DNA of 64,000 nt from Rebecca billardiae RCC1528. Taxonomy: Eukaryota; Protista; Haptophyta. Positions 33,404 to 43,946 of this stretch are shown here, one piece after another (positions within the stretch are counted from its first letter, which is position 1; each line of letters begins with the position of its first letter). The stretch covers positions 2,852,001-2,916,000 of the forward strand of contig OZ251227.1 in assembly GCA_965240325.2 (NCBI GenBank). Reading direction: 5' to 3'. Below the pieces are notes generated by a model, which ran no database searches, had not been told where the DNA came from, and saw only the letters and a list, made by a program, of their open reading frames with translations. The position numbers were made by a program, and so were the translations under genes.

Positions 33404-35218
33404 ATGGAGGACAGCGCTGAGGTGAAGCTCCTTCGGCGCGCATCTGCGTGGGGCGATGCGCGCGCCGCGCTCCGTCTAGCCGAGCACCTCGCGCTCGGGG
33501 ACGGTGTCGCCAAGAATGAGCACGAGGCGGCCAGGCTCTACCACGTTGCCGCCGAGCGCGGGGTGGCGGATGCTCAAGTCCAGGTTGGCGCCATGTATCG
33601 AGATGGGGCGATGTTTCTGGCCCAGGATCTCGGCAAGGCAGTGCACTGGTACCGGCTGGCCGCCAGGCAGGGCCACGCAGCAGCGCAGTGCTCTCTGGGC
33701 TCGTGCTTCGCGCAAGGCGAGGGCGTGCCGCAGGATCTGGCCGAGGCGGTGCGCTGGTACCGACTGGCGGCCGAGCAGGGCTTTGCAAGCGCGCAGTACA
33801 ACCTGGGCGTGTGCTGCCAGAAGGGCGAGGGCGTGTCGCAGGATATGGCCGAGGCGGCGCGCTGGTTCCGGCTGGCGGCCGAGCAGGGCTTTGCAAGCGC
33901 GCAGTGCAACGTGGGCATGTGCTGCCAGAAGGGCGAGGGTGTGCCGCATGATCTGGCTGAGGCTGCGCGCTGGTTCCGGCTGGCGGCCGAGCAGGGCGAC
34001 GCAGTTGCGCAGTGCAACCTGGGCTCATGCTGCCAGAATGGCGAGGGCGTGGCGCAGGATCTGGCCAAGGCGGTGCGCTGGTACCGGCTGGCGGCCGAGC
34101 AGGGCTTTGCAAGCGCGCAAAACAACCTGGGCGTTTGCTTCCAGAAGGGCGAGGGTGTGACGCATGACATGGCCGAGGCGGCGCGCTGGTACCGGCTTGC
34201 GGCCGAGCAGGGCTACGCAGCCGCGCAGTGCAACCTGGGCATGTACTGCGAGAAGGGCGAGGGTGTGCCGCAGGATATGGCCGAGGCCGCGCGCTGGTAC
34301 CGGCTGGCGGCCGAGCAGGGCTGTGCAGACGCGCAATTCAACCTGGGTGTGTGCTGCAAGAAGGGCGAGGGCGTGCCGCAGGAACTGGCTGAGGCTGCGC
34401 GTTGGTACCGACTGGCGGCCGAGCAGGGCTACGCAGGCGCGCAGTTCAACCTGGGTGTGTGCTGCCAGAAGGGCGAGGGCGTGCCGCAGGATATGACCGA
34501 GGCGGCACGCTGGTACCGGCTGGCGGCCGAGCAGGGCCTTGCAGACGCGCAGTGCACCCTGGGCTTTTGCTGCAAGGCGGGTGAGGGTGTGCCGCAGGAT
34601 ATGGCCGAGGCGGCGCGCTGGTACCGGCTGGCGGCCGAGCAGGGCCACGCACTCGCGCAGTACAACCTGGGCTTGTGTTGCAAGGAGGGTGAGGGCGTGC
34701 CGCAGGATCTGGCCGAGGCGGTGCGCTGGTACCGGCTGGCGGCCGAGCAGGGCTACGCAGCCGCGCAGTGCAACCTGGGCATGTGTTGCAAGAAGGGCGA
34801 GGGTGTGTCGCAGGACCTGGCCGAGGCGGCGCGCTGGTACCGGCTGGCGGTGGACGCTGGGCACGCTCCGGCCTTCTTTGGGCTTGGGCAGCTGCTGGTG
34901 GCGGGCAAAGGCGTGCAGCGCGATGTGAAGGAGGGCGCAGCATTGCTGCGCCGTGCGTACGAGCTCGAGAGCTTGTGTGAGCCAAGTCTGGCGCTCCTCG
35001 CATTGGCTGGGGAGCGCGAGGTGGTGTCGAAGTGCTGCATCATGTGTGCACAGACGGGTCGTGGTCTGAAGAAGTGCGACCGGTGCCACGTGGCTGTCTT
35101 CTGCTCGCACGACCACCTGCGGTGCGCGTGGAAGGAGCACAAGCCCCACTGTCGCGCGTGGCGCACGATCTCAATCGAGTCCTCGACCGCGGACGTCGTC
35201 GCGGACGTCTCATCCTAA
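33404..35218 (+). CDS. Sel1-like repeat protein (14 repeats) with MYND finger, copy 3
   Basis: Paralog; 5' part matches copy 2 and 3' part matches copy 1. Confidence 0.93.
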   Translation: MEDSAEVKLLRRASAWGDARAALRLAEHLALGDGVAKNEHEAARLYHVAAERGVADAQVQVGAMYRDGAMFLAQDLGKAVHWYRLAARQGHAAAQCSLGSCFAQGEGVPQDLAEAVRWYRLAAEQGFASAQYNLGVCCQKGEGVSQDMAEAARWFRLAAEQGFASAQCNVGMCCQKGEGVPHDLAEAARWFRLAAEQGDAVAQCNLGSCCQNGEGVAQDLAKAVRWYRLAAEQGFASAQNNLGVCFQKGEGVTHDMAEAARWYRLAAEQGYAAAQCNLGMYCEKGEGVPQDMAEAARWYRLAAEQGCADAQFNLGVCCKKGEGVPQELAEAARWYRLAAEQGYAGAQFNLGVCCQKGEGVPQDMTEAARWYRLAAEQGLADAQCTLGFCCKAGEGVPQDMAEAARWYRLAAEQGHALAQYNLGLCCKEGEGVPQDLAEAVRWYRLAAEQGYAAAQCNLGMCCKKGEGVSQDLAEAARWYRLAVDAGHAPAFFGLGQLLVAGKGVQRDVKEGAALLRRAYELESLCEPSLALLALAGEREVVSKCCIMCAQTGRGLKKCDRCHVAVFCSHDHLRCAWKEHKPHCRAWRTISIESSTADVVADVSS

Positions 35219-35390
35219 TTTGTCAGCACATGCCGCCGCAGCGCACGCCTCACGAGTCACCGCTACTGATGGCTGTAAGCTACTGCATAGTGCGTACAGC
35301 ACGGTGCGGCATCGGCCCGACTGACGGCGACGTGCGCGACGTCGGCGGTCAGACCGGACGACTCATGTCATGATCGACGGCAGCATCAAT

Positions 35391-36502
35391 CGGATATCCC
35401 ACTGCGATCCTATCCCATAGGATTCAATCCTACTATGGCATAGGATTAGGATGGCCCCAGGGACGACTCAGCAGACGACATTTTCTCATGTTGCCGAATG
35501 GTACGACTGCACCTAGGGGTCGGTAGCAGTGTCGCCACCATCCGCCAGAGCGAGCTTGTTGTGATTTTCGACCACCACCGCATGTTTTGGGCTCCACGGA
35601 TGGAGCGCGTGACTAGCCGTCGCGGTCGTTGCCGCCTTGCGACTCCACGGTGGCAACGCCGACCAACATGTGGCACTTGTGATGACACCCAGCTTGATGC
35701 TCACACATCGTGGTTCACTGTGTTCGACCGGAGCCGTACGAGGTTCAATCACAATGCGTTTTGGTCCTCGCCAAGCATGGCATTGTACGTCACGCCGGGG
35801 CTGCGCGCACAAGCCGCTGCGGGTCGCTCGCGTCGTCAGGTGGTTGCGATCGAGCATCGGCACGCATGTAGAGCAAGCCTCGGAGGTAGCCGGAACATCT
35901 TGCCATGTCGCGTGCGTGGATGGTATCGCACCTGTAGACACGCCATGCGTGTGCCGCAGTCGATTTGCGCGACGCTCGACCCGCACGCTCTTGGATTCGT
36001 GGGCTAGTGGTCCACAAGGACGGCCGCCACCATCGTGGGAGGTCCGTGGCCGCACGCACGATGGCGGTTGCCCTCTCTTCGCCCCGCCCCAGAATCGGTG
36101 TGCCACGGGCAGCAACGCGCCTGGCGGCGTGGGCGGCGGTGCGGGCGGCAGCGCGGGCATCCGGTGCGAGCACTCGCCTGCGCCGTCCGTGCCCAGGGTC
36201 GCCGCTCGGCTGCCAGGGGCGAGCAACTAACACTGTCATGCCGATCCTATGTAGCCGTCCCTGGCGCGGATCCTATGGCATAGGATCGCGCGCGCGCGCG
36301 GGGTCACGCGCGCGCGCGCGCGACCGCCGTGGCAGTGGCGGCAGGCGGAGATGGTGTGTGTCGACAGCCGGTAGAGTTGTGTGTACGATATAGCAACACT
36401 GATGATCGTATGCGCAGAACTGAGCCGCTGGCGCTCTGGTGAACTCATCCTATGCCATAGGTCTGATAGGATCAGATCCTATCTGTTGCAGTGGGATATC
36501 CG
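35391..36502. mobile_element. Non-autonomous TIR DNA transposon, 1112 bp, 4-bp TSD CAAT (superfamily unassigned)
   Basis: 15-bp perfect TIR CGGATATCCCACTGC; CAAT at 35387-35390 and 36503-36506; ATCCTAT..ATAGGAT subterminal hairpins; absent from the two paralogous spacers. Confidence 0.93.
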
Positions 36503-36781
36503 CAATGTAGCTACGTGCACGGGCATCCTCATCAGCATTCAGCATTGTAACGCGACTACTGTACATACCATACTACGACGACTGCTGTCATTCGAATGCG
36601 TATTCGGCCATGTCCGACGGTGGCGTTGCGTGATGAATACTACGAGCAGACGAATTCGGGTGATACTGAATTTCGGTCGCGGGAGTCCGGTGATCGTGTC
36701 CGGATGGCACCGACCACCCGTCAACCCCGCGCTCGCCTCGCCACAACGCGCCGCCCGCCACGCGTGGAGCGCACTCGCGTG

Positions 36782-38711
36782 ATGGAGGACAGCGCTGAGG
36801 TGAAGCTCCTTCGGCGCGCATCTGCGTGGGGCGATGCGCGCGCCGCGCTCCGTCTAGCCGGGCGCCTCGCGCTCGGGGACGGTGTCGCCAAGAATGAGCA
36901 CGAGGCGGCCAGGCTGTACCGCGTTGCCGCCGAGCGCGGGGTGGCGGATGCTCAAGTCAAGGTTGGCGACATGTATCGAGATGGGGCGATGTCTCTAGCC
37001 CGAGATCTCGGCAAGGCAGTGCACTGGTACCGGCTGGCCGCCAGGCAGGGCCACGCAGCAGCGCAGTGCTCTCTGGGCTTGTGCTTCGCGCAAGGCGAGG
37101 GTGTACCGCAGGATCTGGCCGAGGCGGCGCGCTGGTACCGGCTGGCGGCCGAGCAGGGCTTTGCAGGCGCGCAGTTCAACCTGGGCGTGTGCTGCGAGAA
37201 GGGCGAGGGCGTGGCGCAGGACATGGCCGAGGCGGCGCGCTGGTACCGACTGGCGGCGGAGCAGGGCTTTGCAAACGCGCAATTCAACCTGGGCGTGTGC
37301 TGCGAGAAGGGCGAGGGCGTGCCGCAGGATGTGGCCGAGGCGTTGCGCTGGTACCGGCTGGCGGCCGAGCAGGGCTTTGCAGGCGCGCAGTACAACCTGG
37401 GCTCATGCTGCCAGAATGGCGAGGGCGTGGCGCAGGATCTGGCCAAGGCGGTGCGCTGGTACCGGCTGGCGGCCGAGCAGGGCTTTGCAAGCGCGCAAAA
37501 CAACCTGGGCGTTTGCTTCCAGAAGGGCGAGGGTGTGACGCATGACATGGCCGAGGCGGCGCGCTGGTACCGGCTTGCGGCCGAGCAGGGCTACGCAGCC
37601 GCGCAGTTCAACCTGGGCGTGTGCTGCGAGAAGGGCGAGGGCGTGGCGCAGGACATGGCCGAGGCGGCGCGCTGGTACCGACTGGCGGCGGAGCAGGGCT
37701 TTGCAAACGCGCAATTCAACCTGGGCGTGTGCTGCGAGAAGGGCGAGGGCGTGCCGCAGGATGTGGCCGAGGCGTTGCGCTGGTACCGGCTGGCGGCTGA
37801 GCAGGGCTTTGCAGGCGCGCAGTACAACCTGGGCGTGTGCTGTCAGAAGGGCGTGGGTGTGCCGCTGGATATGGCCAAGGCGGCGCGCTGGTACCGGCTT
37901 GCGGCCGAGCAGGGCTACGCAGCCGCGCAGAACAACCTGGGCTTGTGCTGCCAGAAGGGCGAGGGCGTGCCGCAGGATGTGGCCGAGGCGGCGCGCTGGT
38001 ACCGGCCGGCGGCCGAGCAGGGCTACGCAGCCGCGCAGAACAACTTGGGCTCGTGCTGCAAGAAGGGCGAGGGCGTGCCGCAGGATGTGGCCGAGGCGGC
38101 GCGCTGGTACCGACTGGCGGCCGAGCAGGGCTTTGCAGGCGCGCAGTTCAACCTGGGCGTGTGCTGCCAGAAGGGCGAGGGCGTGTCGCAGGATATGGCC
38201 GAGGCGTTGCGCTGGTTCCGGCTGGCGGCCGAGCAGGGCCTTGCAAACGCGCAATTCATTCTGGGCTGGTGCTGCCTGAATGGCGAGGGCGTGCCCGCAA
38301 GATACGGCAGAGGCGGCGCGCTGGTACCGGCTGGCGGTGGACGCTGGGCACGCTCCGGCCAATTTCTGGCTTGGGCGGCTGCTGGTGGCGGGCAAAGGAG
38401 AGCAGCGCGATGTGAAGGAGGGCGCAGCATTGCTGCGCCGTGCGCACGAGCTCAACAGCTCGTTGGATCCAAGTAAGGCGCTCCTCGCGTTGGCTGGGGA
38501 GCGCGAGGTGGCGTCGAAGTGCTGCATCATGTGTGCACAGACGGGTCGTGGTCTGAAGAAGTGCGACCGGTGTCACGTGGCTGTCTTCTGCTCGCACGAC
38601 CACCTGCGGTGCGCGTGGAAGGCGCACAAGCCGCACTGTCGCGCGTGGCACGCGGCCCCAACTACCAAGTCCTCGACCGCGGACGTCGTCGCGGACGTCT
38701 CATCACCATAA
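36782..38711 (+). pseudogene. Sel1-like repeat (15 repeats) plus MYND, copy 4, with a +1 frameshift near 38294-38296 (or a sequencing error)
   Basis: GTGCCCGCAAGAT versus GTGCCGCAGGAT in other repeats; the last repeat and MYND continue in another frame to 38711. Confidence 0.75.
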
Positions 38712-39011
38712 TGACCGCGTTCCGCGGTCCTTTTCTGCATAGAATCAACGCAGTTGGGGGCCCGCCGTGGCCGTGCAATCGCGGCTCTCCGCCGCGCGTA
38801 GTCGTGGCAGTTCGCCAGTTGAAGTCGGTTCTGACTTCTGTGAGATCAGACTGACAAAGCTATTAGACATCAATAATTAGTCCGACCGTCGCCCTGCCTG
38901 CGACCGCGAGACTCATAATTCACACTTCACACAATCACAGCAGCGGCCCCTGAGACCGCACCCGGCACCGGTCAAATCGGAAGTCCGTCTCGGACAACTA
39001 GCAGCTGCCAA

Positions 39012-39157
39012 ATGTCCAACTGGCTGATCAGCTCGGATCCGACCCGTCCGCGATCGTGCCATCGGCATCGGACGTCCGTCTGACAACTATTACTAGCTGC
39101 CTGAAACTGTCCAACTCTGGCTGATCAGCTCGGATCCGACCCGTCCGCGATCGTGCC
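39012..39157 (+). repeat. Direct repeat of about 48 bp, 2 copies
   Basis: TGTCCAACT(CT)GGCTGATCAGCTCGGATCCGACCCGTCCGCGATCGTGCC at about 39013 and 39108. Confidence 0.9.
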
Positions 39158-39803
39158 GAGTGAATCGTGCCGCGGAGCTCGGAGTACTGAAGGAGTCGGG
39201 TGTGACAGCAGGGTGCTTTAGCGCTGCGGCCCGTGCCAGCCAACGACCAGACGTACTCTGGCCACTTGACCCGTTGCACGGGTGAGTGCCGTGAGTGACC
39301 GTACGCCCTGCTACCGCGCGCACCGCGCGACTCGGGGTGATGGAGAGCGGATGGCGACAGCAGCAGCAGTCCTCATGAAGACGATGAAGCTGGCGGCACG
39401 GGGCTAGGGGTTGGTCCCATCCGCCACTCGTGCGGGGCACCGGTCACCTCCGATCCGGATGTGGCCCAGTCCGGACGTCACGCGATCCGGGACGACGAAT
39501 ACGATTCGCTCGTAACGAACCGTTACGCTAAAGTCACGTCCGGCTCACGTCCAGATCGCACTTTACTTAGGGAATATCGTGGGCGCGCCAATTTCTCGCG
39601 CCGAATGAACGTCTCTATATGCGGTCTCAAAAAATCGAAACTCGGTCTCCACCTCCCTGAAAATCGCTCCGGCCACGTCCCTTTTTTCTTTGATCAAAGA
39701 TCTTATTTTTGAAACGTGGTAGTTAGGGCCCGCACTGCGGGCTCCACGCTGCGCGCTCCGCCCTGCACCGCGGGCCCGATTATTAATTCGCGCGTCGATC
39801 GCA

Positions 39804-42436
39804 CACAGTGCCGGAAAACTGCTCAGGGTGACGTTTTAAGTTGTCCGCACCACTAGTCGAATCATCGGACAATTCTGAAGCGGTGCGCCTAAATTCGGCG
39901 CACCATAGGCGCGTCGAATCGTGGCACAGACCTTGGTAGCAGGCCACACCTGAGCGCGCTGCGCGCGCCGACGCGCGCTCGGCGCGGGCAAAAAATCATG
40001 CGCCGTTGGCATTACGCAGCCCCGCGCAGCGCTGTGCTCGAGCTCGGCGGCGGCGAAAGCGGGCGGGCGCACACGGCGGTGCGCGTGCGCGCTGCTCCGA
40101 GCGCAGCTGCGGCCACCCCGGCGGCATACCGCCGGTCGAGGGCACGAAAACCGATTTTTCGGGAAAATGCAGAGCAGCGGCGCCCGAGCGCGCCCGAGCT
40201 CGTCGCAGCACAGTCTCCTGGTGGCTGCGCCCCGTGAAGCCACGCCACGCGGGGCGCTGGCGTGCGCGTGGCCTGCGCCCACCGTGCGCTGCCCGATCAT
40301 GGCCGTCGACCGCTCCGAGCGCCTCACCACGCGTGCTCGAGCCCACCGATACTGACGCCCGAGCACGGTGCCGGCAGCGCTCGCAGGTGGGCGTCGGAGA
40401 AAACACGCCGGCCGAACGAGCTTGAAGCGTCCGCCGCGATGCCAACGGCAGCGGACGACGTGCGCGCCACCTCGGCGCCAGTCACCCAGCCCTTGCGCGG
40501 CGGTGCGGGCTCGCTCGTTCGCCGCCATCAGCTGCGCGCGCGCAGCCCGATCACTGCCCGCTGGTTCTGTTGTCGAGCAGCTGCGGCCTGCCACGCGCAC
40601 TGCCGGACATTGAGCCACAGCGCGAGCACGCGCCTCGTCTGGCACGCGCGAGCACTCAGCATCGTGCGTGGCCACCATGACGCGCCCATCTGCGCCAGCA
40701 GCGATGAGCACGCCGCCGTTCAGCTCGCATCGGGCTCGCTCGCGACGCAGCAACGCGCGGCCGTAGCGGCAGCAGCGGCGCCGTCGAGCACGCGCAGCAA
40801 ACAAATATGCAGCGCGGGCGAGTCGACGGTCTGGAAAATGCGCGATCACGCCACAGCAGGCTGGCAGAGCCCGCCCGAGCTGCAGCATGCCGTAGGTGCT
40901 GCCCCAAGCTCTCGACTGCCCGTAAGCGGCGGCATGTGCGGCGGCGCCGGCGGCGGCCATGCTGCCACGCCGTTGCGCGCCGCGGGGCGCCGTCGGCACC
41001 TCCGTGGTGAAGCGCACAGAGCTCGAGCCCACGGGGGCTGGCGACCGTCAAACCGACACCCCATGACGCGGGGCTGCGTGCGCCAGCTGCGCGCACTCCG
41101 TGGGCCCACCTAGCCCGCTCGAGCAGCTCGCCTTGGGTGCGCGCAGCGGCTCGAGCACACTGGTATGGGACGCCTGCCTGCGGTGCCGCCGAGCACATGC
41201 GGCCGACGGTCACTCAGCACGGGCGACTCGACGGCGGCGAGCAGGCGCGACGGCCTCGCCGCGCCGCGGAAAAGCCTGCCCGGGCTGCAGCACGCCGTAG
41301 GAGCAGCCCAGCGCCCTCCTCCGCCCTCCAGCTTCGGCGCGCGCAGCAGGCCCGGCGGCGGCCATGCTGGCGTGCCCAAGCATGAAGATGGGCGCGGCCG
41401 GCCGCGCCGTCGCAAAGCGCGCAGAACTCGAGCTCGGGGGGGCGGACGGCCGCCAAACTGGCGCGGCAGGACGTGGCACTGCGTGCGCCAGCTGCGCGCA
41501 CCCGCTGCGCCCGCGTGGCCCGTGCGAGCGCCGCGCCTCGAGCACACGCAGCTGCTCGACACAGCCACGGCAGTGTGGCTTGTGCGCGTGCACGTGATCA
41601 GTCTCAGCTCTGAGGCGCGCGCTCAGGAGGGCTGCGGCCGGGCCGAGCGCGATCTGCGCGGACGGTACAGCCTGGCGGCTCATGCCAGCCAGCCCAAAGC
41701 CCGCTCCGCCATCCGCGTCATGGCGCTCCAGCCTCTCGCGTGCTGCGCTGCAGCCGCGCTCGGCAAAGACGTCGCCCAGCCCGCCTTGCACGCGGCTGAG
41801 CAGTGGCAGCCAGGCGAAGCGTCGTCGCGGGCGAGGCTGCGCTGGGTGATGCGGCTCGGGTCGGTGGGCAAGTCGCACCCCGCCGTCGGTCGCCTCCACG
41901 CCTCAGGCTCGCTCGAGGTCAAAGACAACTGCGCGGCGCGGCGTTTGCGCGGGCGGGCCGCGGGCGTGGCGGGGTGTACGCGTGCAATGTCACAGCCTCC
42001 CACACAATTTCAGGAGGGTGAGACGCACCGCCAGCGGCACCCGCACACAATCCCACCCTGCGCGAGCCACCTGCCGTGTCGACTGAAGCATCAGGCTCGG
42101 GCGCAACCGCGGGCGGCGCATGCAAGAAGCTCGCGAAACGCACCGCGCGCGCCGTGAGGGCGAAAGGAGAGCACCCGTCAGGGCGGCGAGGAACTTGCCC
42201 AGCGCCACGCGGAAGACGACCCCAGCCCGCCTCGACGCATAGTCGGGCCCGCGAGCAGCCTCGTCGGTCTTCGCCGAGTAGATCGCGCCGCGAGCCGAGG
42301 CACCGCTCGTTTGAGGCTCCGTCCGCCGCGAAGTCGCGGCTTCCACCCGAGTTCCACTGTCCGGCCGAGACCGGATTCGCTGACTCGAGCTGCGGACCGT
42401 CCGAAGCGTCACGGAAAATTCCAATCCTGCACTGTG
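39804..42436. mobile_element. Putative non-autonomous Transib/CMC-type element with bipartite CACAGTG termini, 2633 bp
   Basis: Both ends read CACAGTGC(C/A)GGA-N12-GTGACG(T/C)TT inward. Only a 2-bp flank match (CA). No convincing protein inside. Confidence 0.55.
40870..41505 (+). repeat. Degenerate internal duplication, offset about 405 bp
   Basis: GCTGCAGCAYGCCGTAGG, CCGGCGGCGGCCATGCTG and CTGCGTGCGCCAGCTGCGCGCAC each recur about 405 bp apart. Confidence 0.75.
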
Positions 42437-42641
42437 CAGGCTTGATGCGATATATGCCGCCGCATCATATCACGATTCACGGCACACGACTCAGTACCGA
42501 GTACGAGTCACCGCGACTACTGTCACGGATCATGGCAGCTAGTATGTTACAGCACGGCTACGGCGCGGCATGCCCGACGTGAGGCGCAGTGTCACTACAC
42601 GACTGTCAAACTGTGTCAGTGTCAGCATCACGTTGATGCCA

Positions 42642-43865
42642 TCATACGTCATAGCCAGAGCCGCAGGAGCCGTCAAGCGTGCATGCGCTGCACGCCGGCT
42701 GCCTGCTGCGGCCGGCAGCGGCGTGGCTCTCCTCGGCCACACCCTTACACTGCCGCAGCCCCTGCAAAAACGTGCCGAGCTGGGCAGACGAGAGGCGCGC
42801 TACTGGAGTGCGCCCTTGCGCGGCGTCGGCGCGGGCGGCCGGGAGCGCAGCGCTGCTGTTGGCTATGCCGCACGAATCGTCGAGCATGCACGCGCGGCAC
42901 ACGGGGCGTAGGCTGAGGCAGCGCCTGAGCACTCGCATCTGGTCCGCCGGCTCGGCAAGGTAGGCCCACGGCGGCTGCGTGTGGTGCTTCGTGCCGAAGC
43001 TCACGCTCGCGCGCCGCGCGCCGCACCGCACCGTCGTGCCGTCCTCCACGGCCACGTGTGCGCTCTCGTCCAGCAGGAAGCGGAGCAGCCGCGCGAGCTC
43101 TTGCGCCGGCCGCTCGAGCAGCGCCTCGTACACGAGCAGGTGCGCGCGCACGCCCGCCGCGAGCAGCTGTGCGCGCGCCGGCGCGAACCGCGCGGCCTTG
43201 CGCGCCAGCACGTGCATCATCCCCGTCACACGCTGCACGGGCGGCACGCGTGCGCGCGCGCGCGTGCTGTTGGCACCCTTGGCGACACTCGAGGACGCCA
43301 TGGCGTGCGCGACGATGTTTGCACGCGCGAGCAGCACGACCCGCACGTTGCGCTCGCGCAGCAGCGGCACCCAGCGCTCGATTGGCCACCAGCCCTGGTT
43401 CATCTGCCACTGGAAGCCGCACGCGCGCGCAGCGCGCACGGCTGCATCCGCGTCTGCGAGCGTGGCAAAGCGCGGGCCGTACCCGCGAACGAGGCAGCCG
43501 AGATGCGCCTTGCCAGCACGCGGCGTTCGGGCTGGGGTGTCGAATGGCTGCCTTCCCCAGAAGCGGTCCATCACGTCCAGCCGGCTCGTGCCGAAAGAGA
43601 CGGACGAGCCGTTGAACCCCTGGCGAACGCAGTGCGGCACCTTCAGCCCGTTCAGCACCTCGCCGCTCGTGGTGAGGATGTCGCACTGGCCGAGCAGGCC
43701 GCCGACGAAGTGGGTGCCGCTATGCTGCTGCGAGAGGACCGTGAAGCTCGCCGGCGCCCGCCGCACGTCCGCGCCGCAGAGGCCGGCACACGCCACGAGC
43801 AGCGCGGCGCACGCCGAGCGCCATCGTTTGTGTGCCGCCATACCCATTATGGAAAGCGCCGCCAT
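42642..43865 (-). CDS. Sulfotransferase-like protein (Stf0/P-loop type) with signal or anchor
   Basis: FTVLSQQHSGTHF (5'-PSB-loop-like), GEVL, VVLLARAN..A..S, LLVYEALL. Confidence 0.6.
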   Translation of the reverse strand: MAALSIMGMAAHKRWRSACAALLVACAGLCGADVRRAPASFTVLSQQHSGTHFVGGLLGQCDILTTSGEVLNGLKVPHCVRQGFNGSSVSFGTSRLDVMDRFWGRQPFDTPARTPRAGKAHLGCLVRGYGPRFATLADADAAVRAARACGFQWQMNQGWWPIERWVPLLRERNVRVVLLARANIVAHAMASSSVAKGANSTRARARVPPVQRVTGMMHVLARKAARFAPARAQLLAAGVRAHLLVYEALLERPAQELARLLRFLLDESAHVAVEDGTTVRCGARRASVSFGTKHHTQPPWAYLAEPADQMRVLRRCLSLRPVCRACMLDDSCGIANSSAALPAARADAAQGRTPVARLSSAQLGTFLQGLRQCKGVAEESHAAAGRSRQPACSACTLDGSCGSGYDV

Positions 43866-43946
43866 CGTGCTGGACCGGCTGGTGAGCTGGACGTACGATC
43901 CTCCATTCCGCTGCGGCCGTCGGCGGCGTGGGGCCAGGTTGGCACC

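Noticed and set aside
29300-38400. 108-bp periodic repeats as a CRISPR-like array
   Set aside because: They are in-frame coding Sel1 repeats with no unique spacers and no cas genes, in a eukaryotic context.
39567-39728. TTAGGG hexamers as telomeric sequence
   Set aside because: Only two isolated units, not tandem.
39836-42157. ORFs inside the CACAGTG element as a transposase or RAG-like gene
   Set aside because: No recognisable DDE or zinc motifs, and no coding-like composition.
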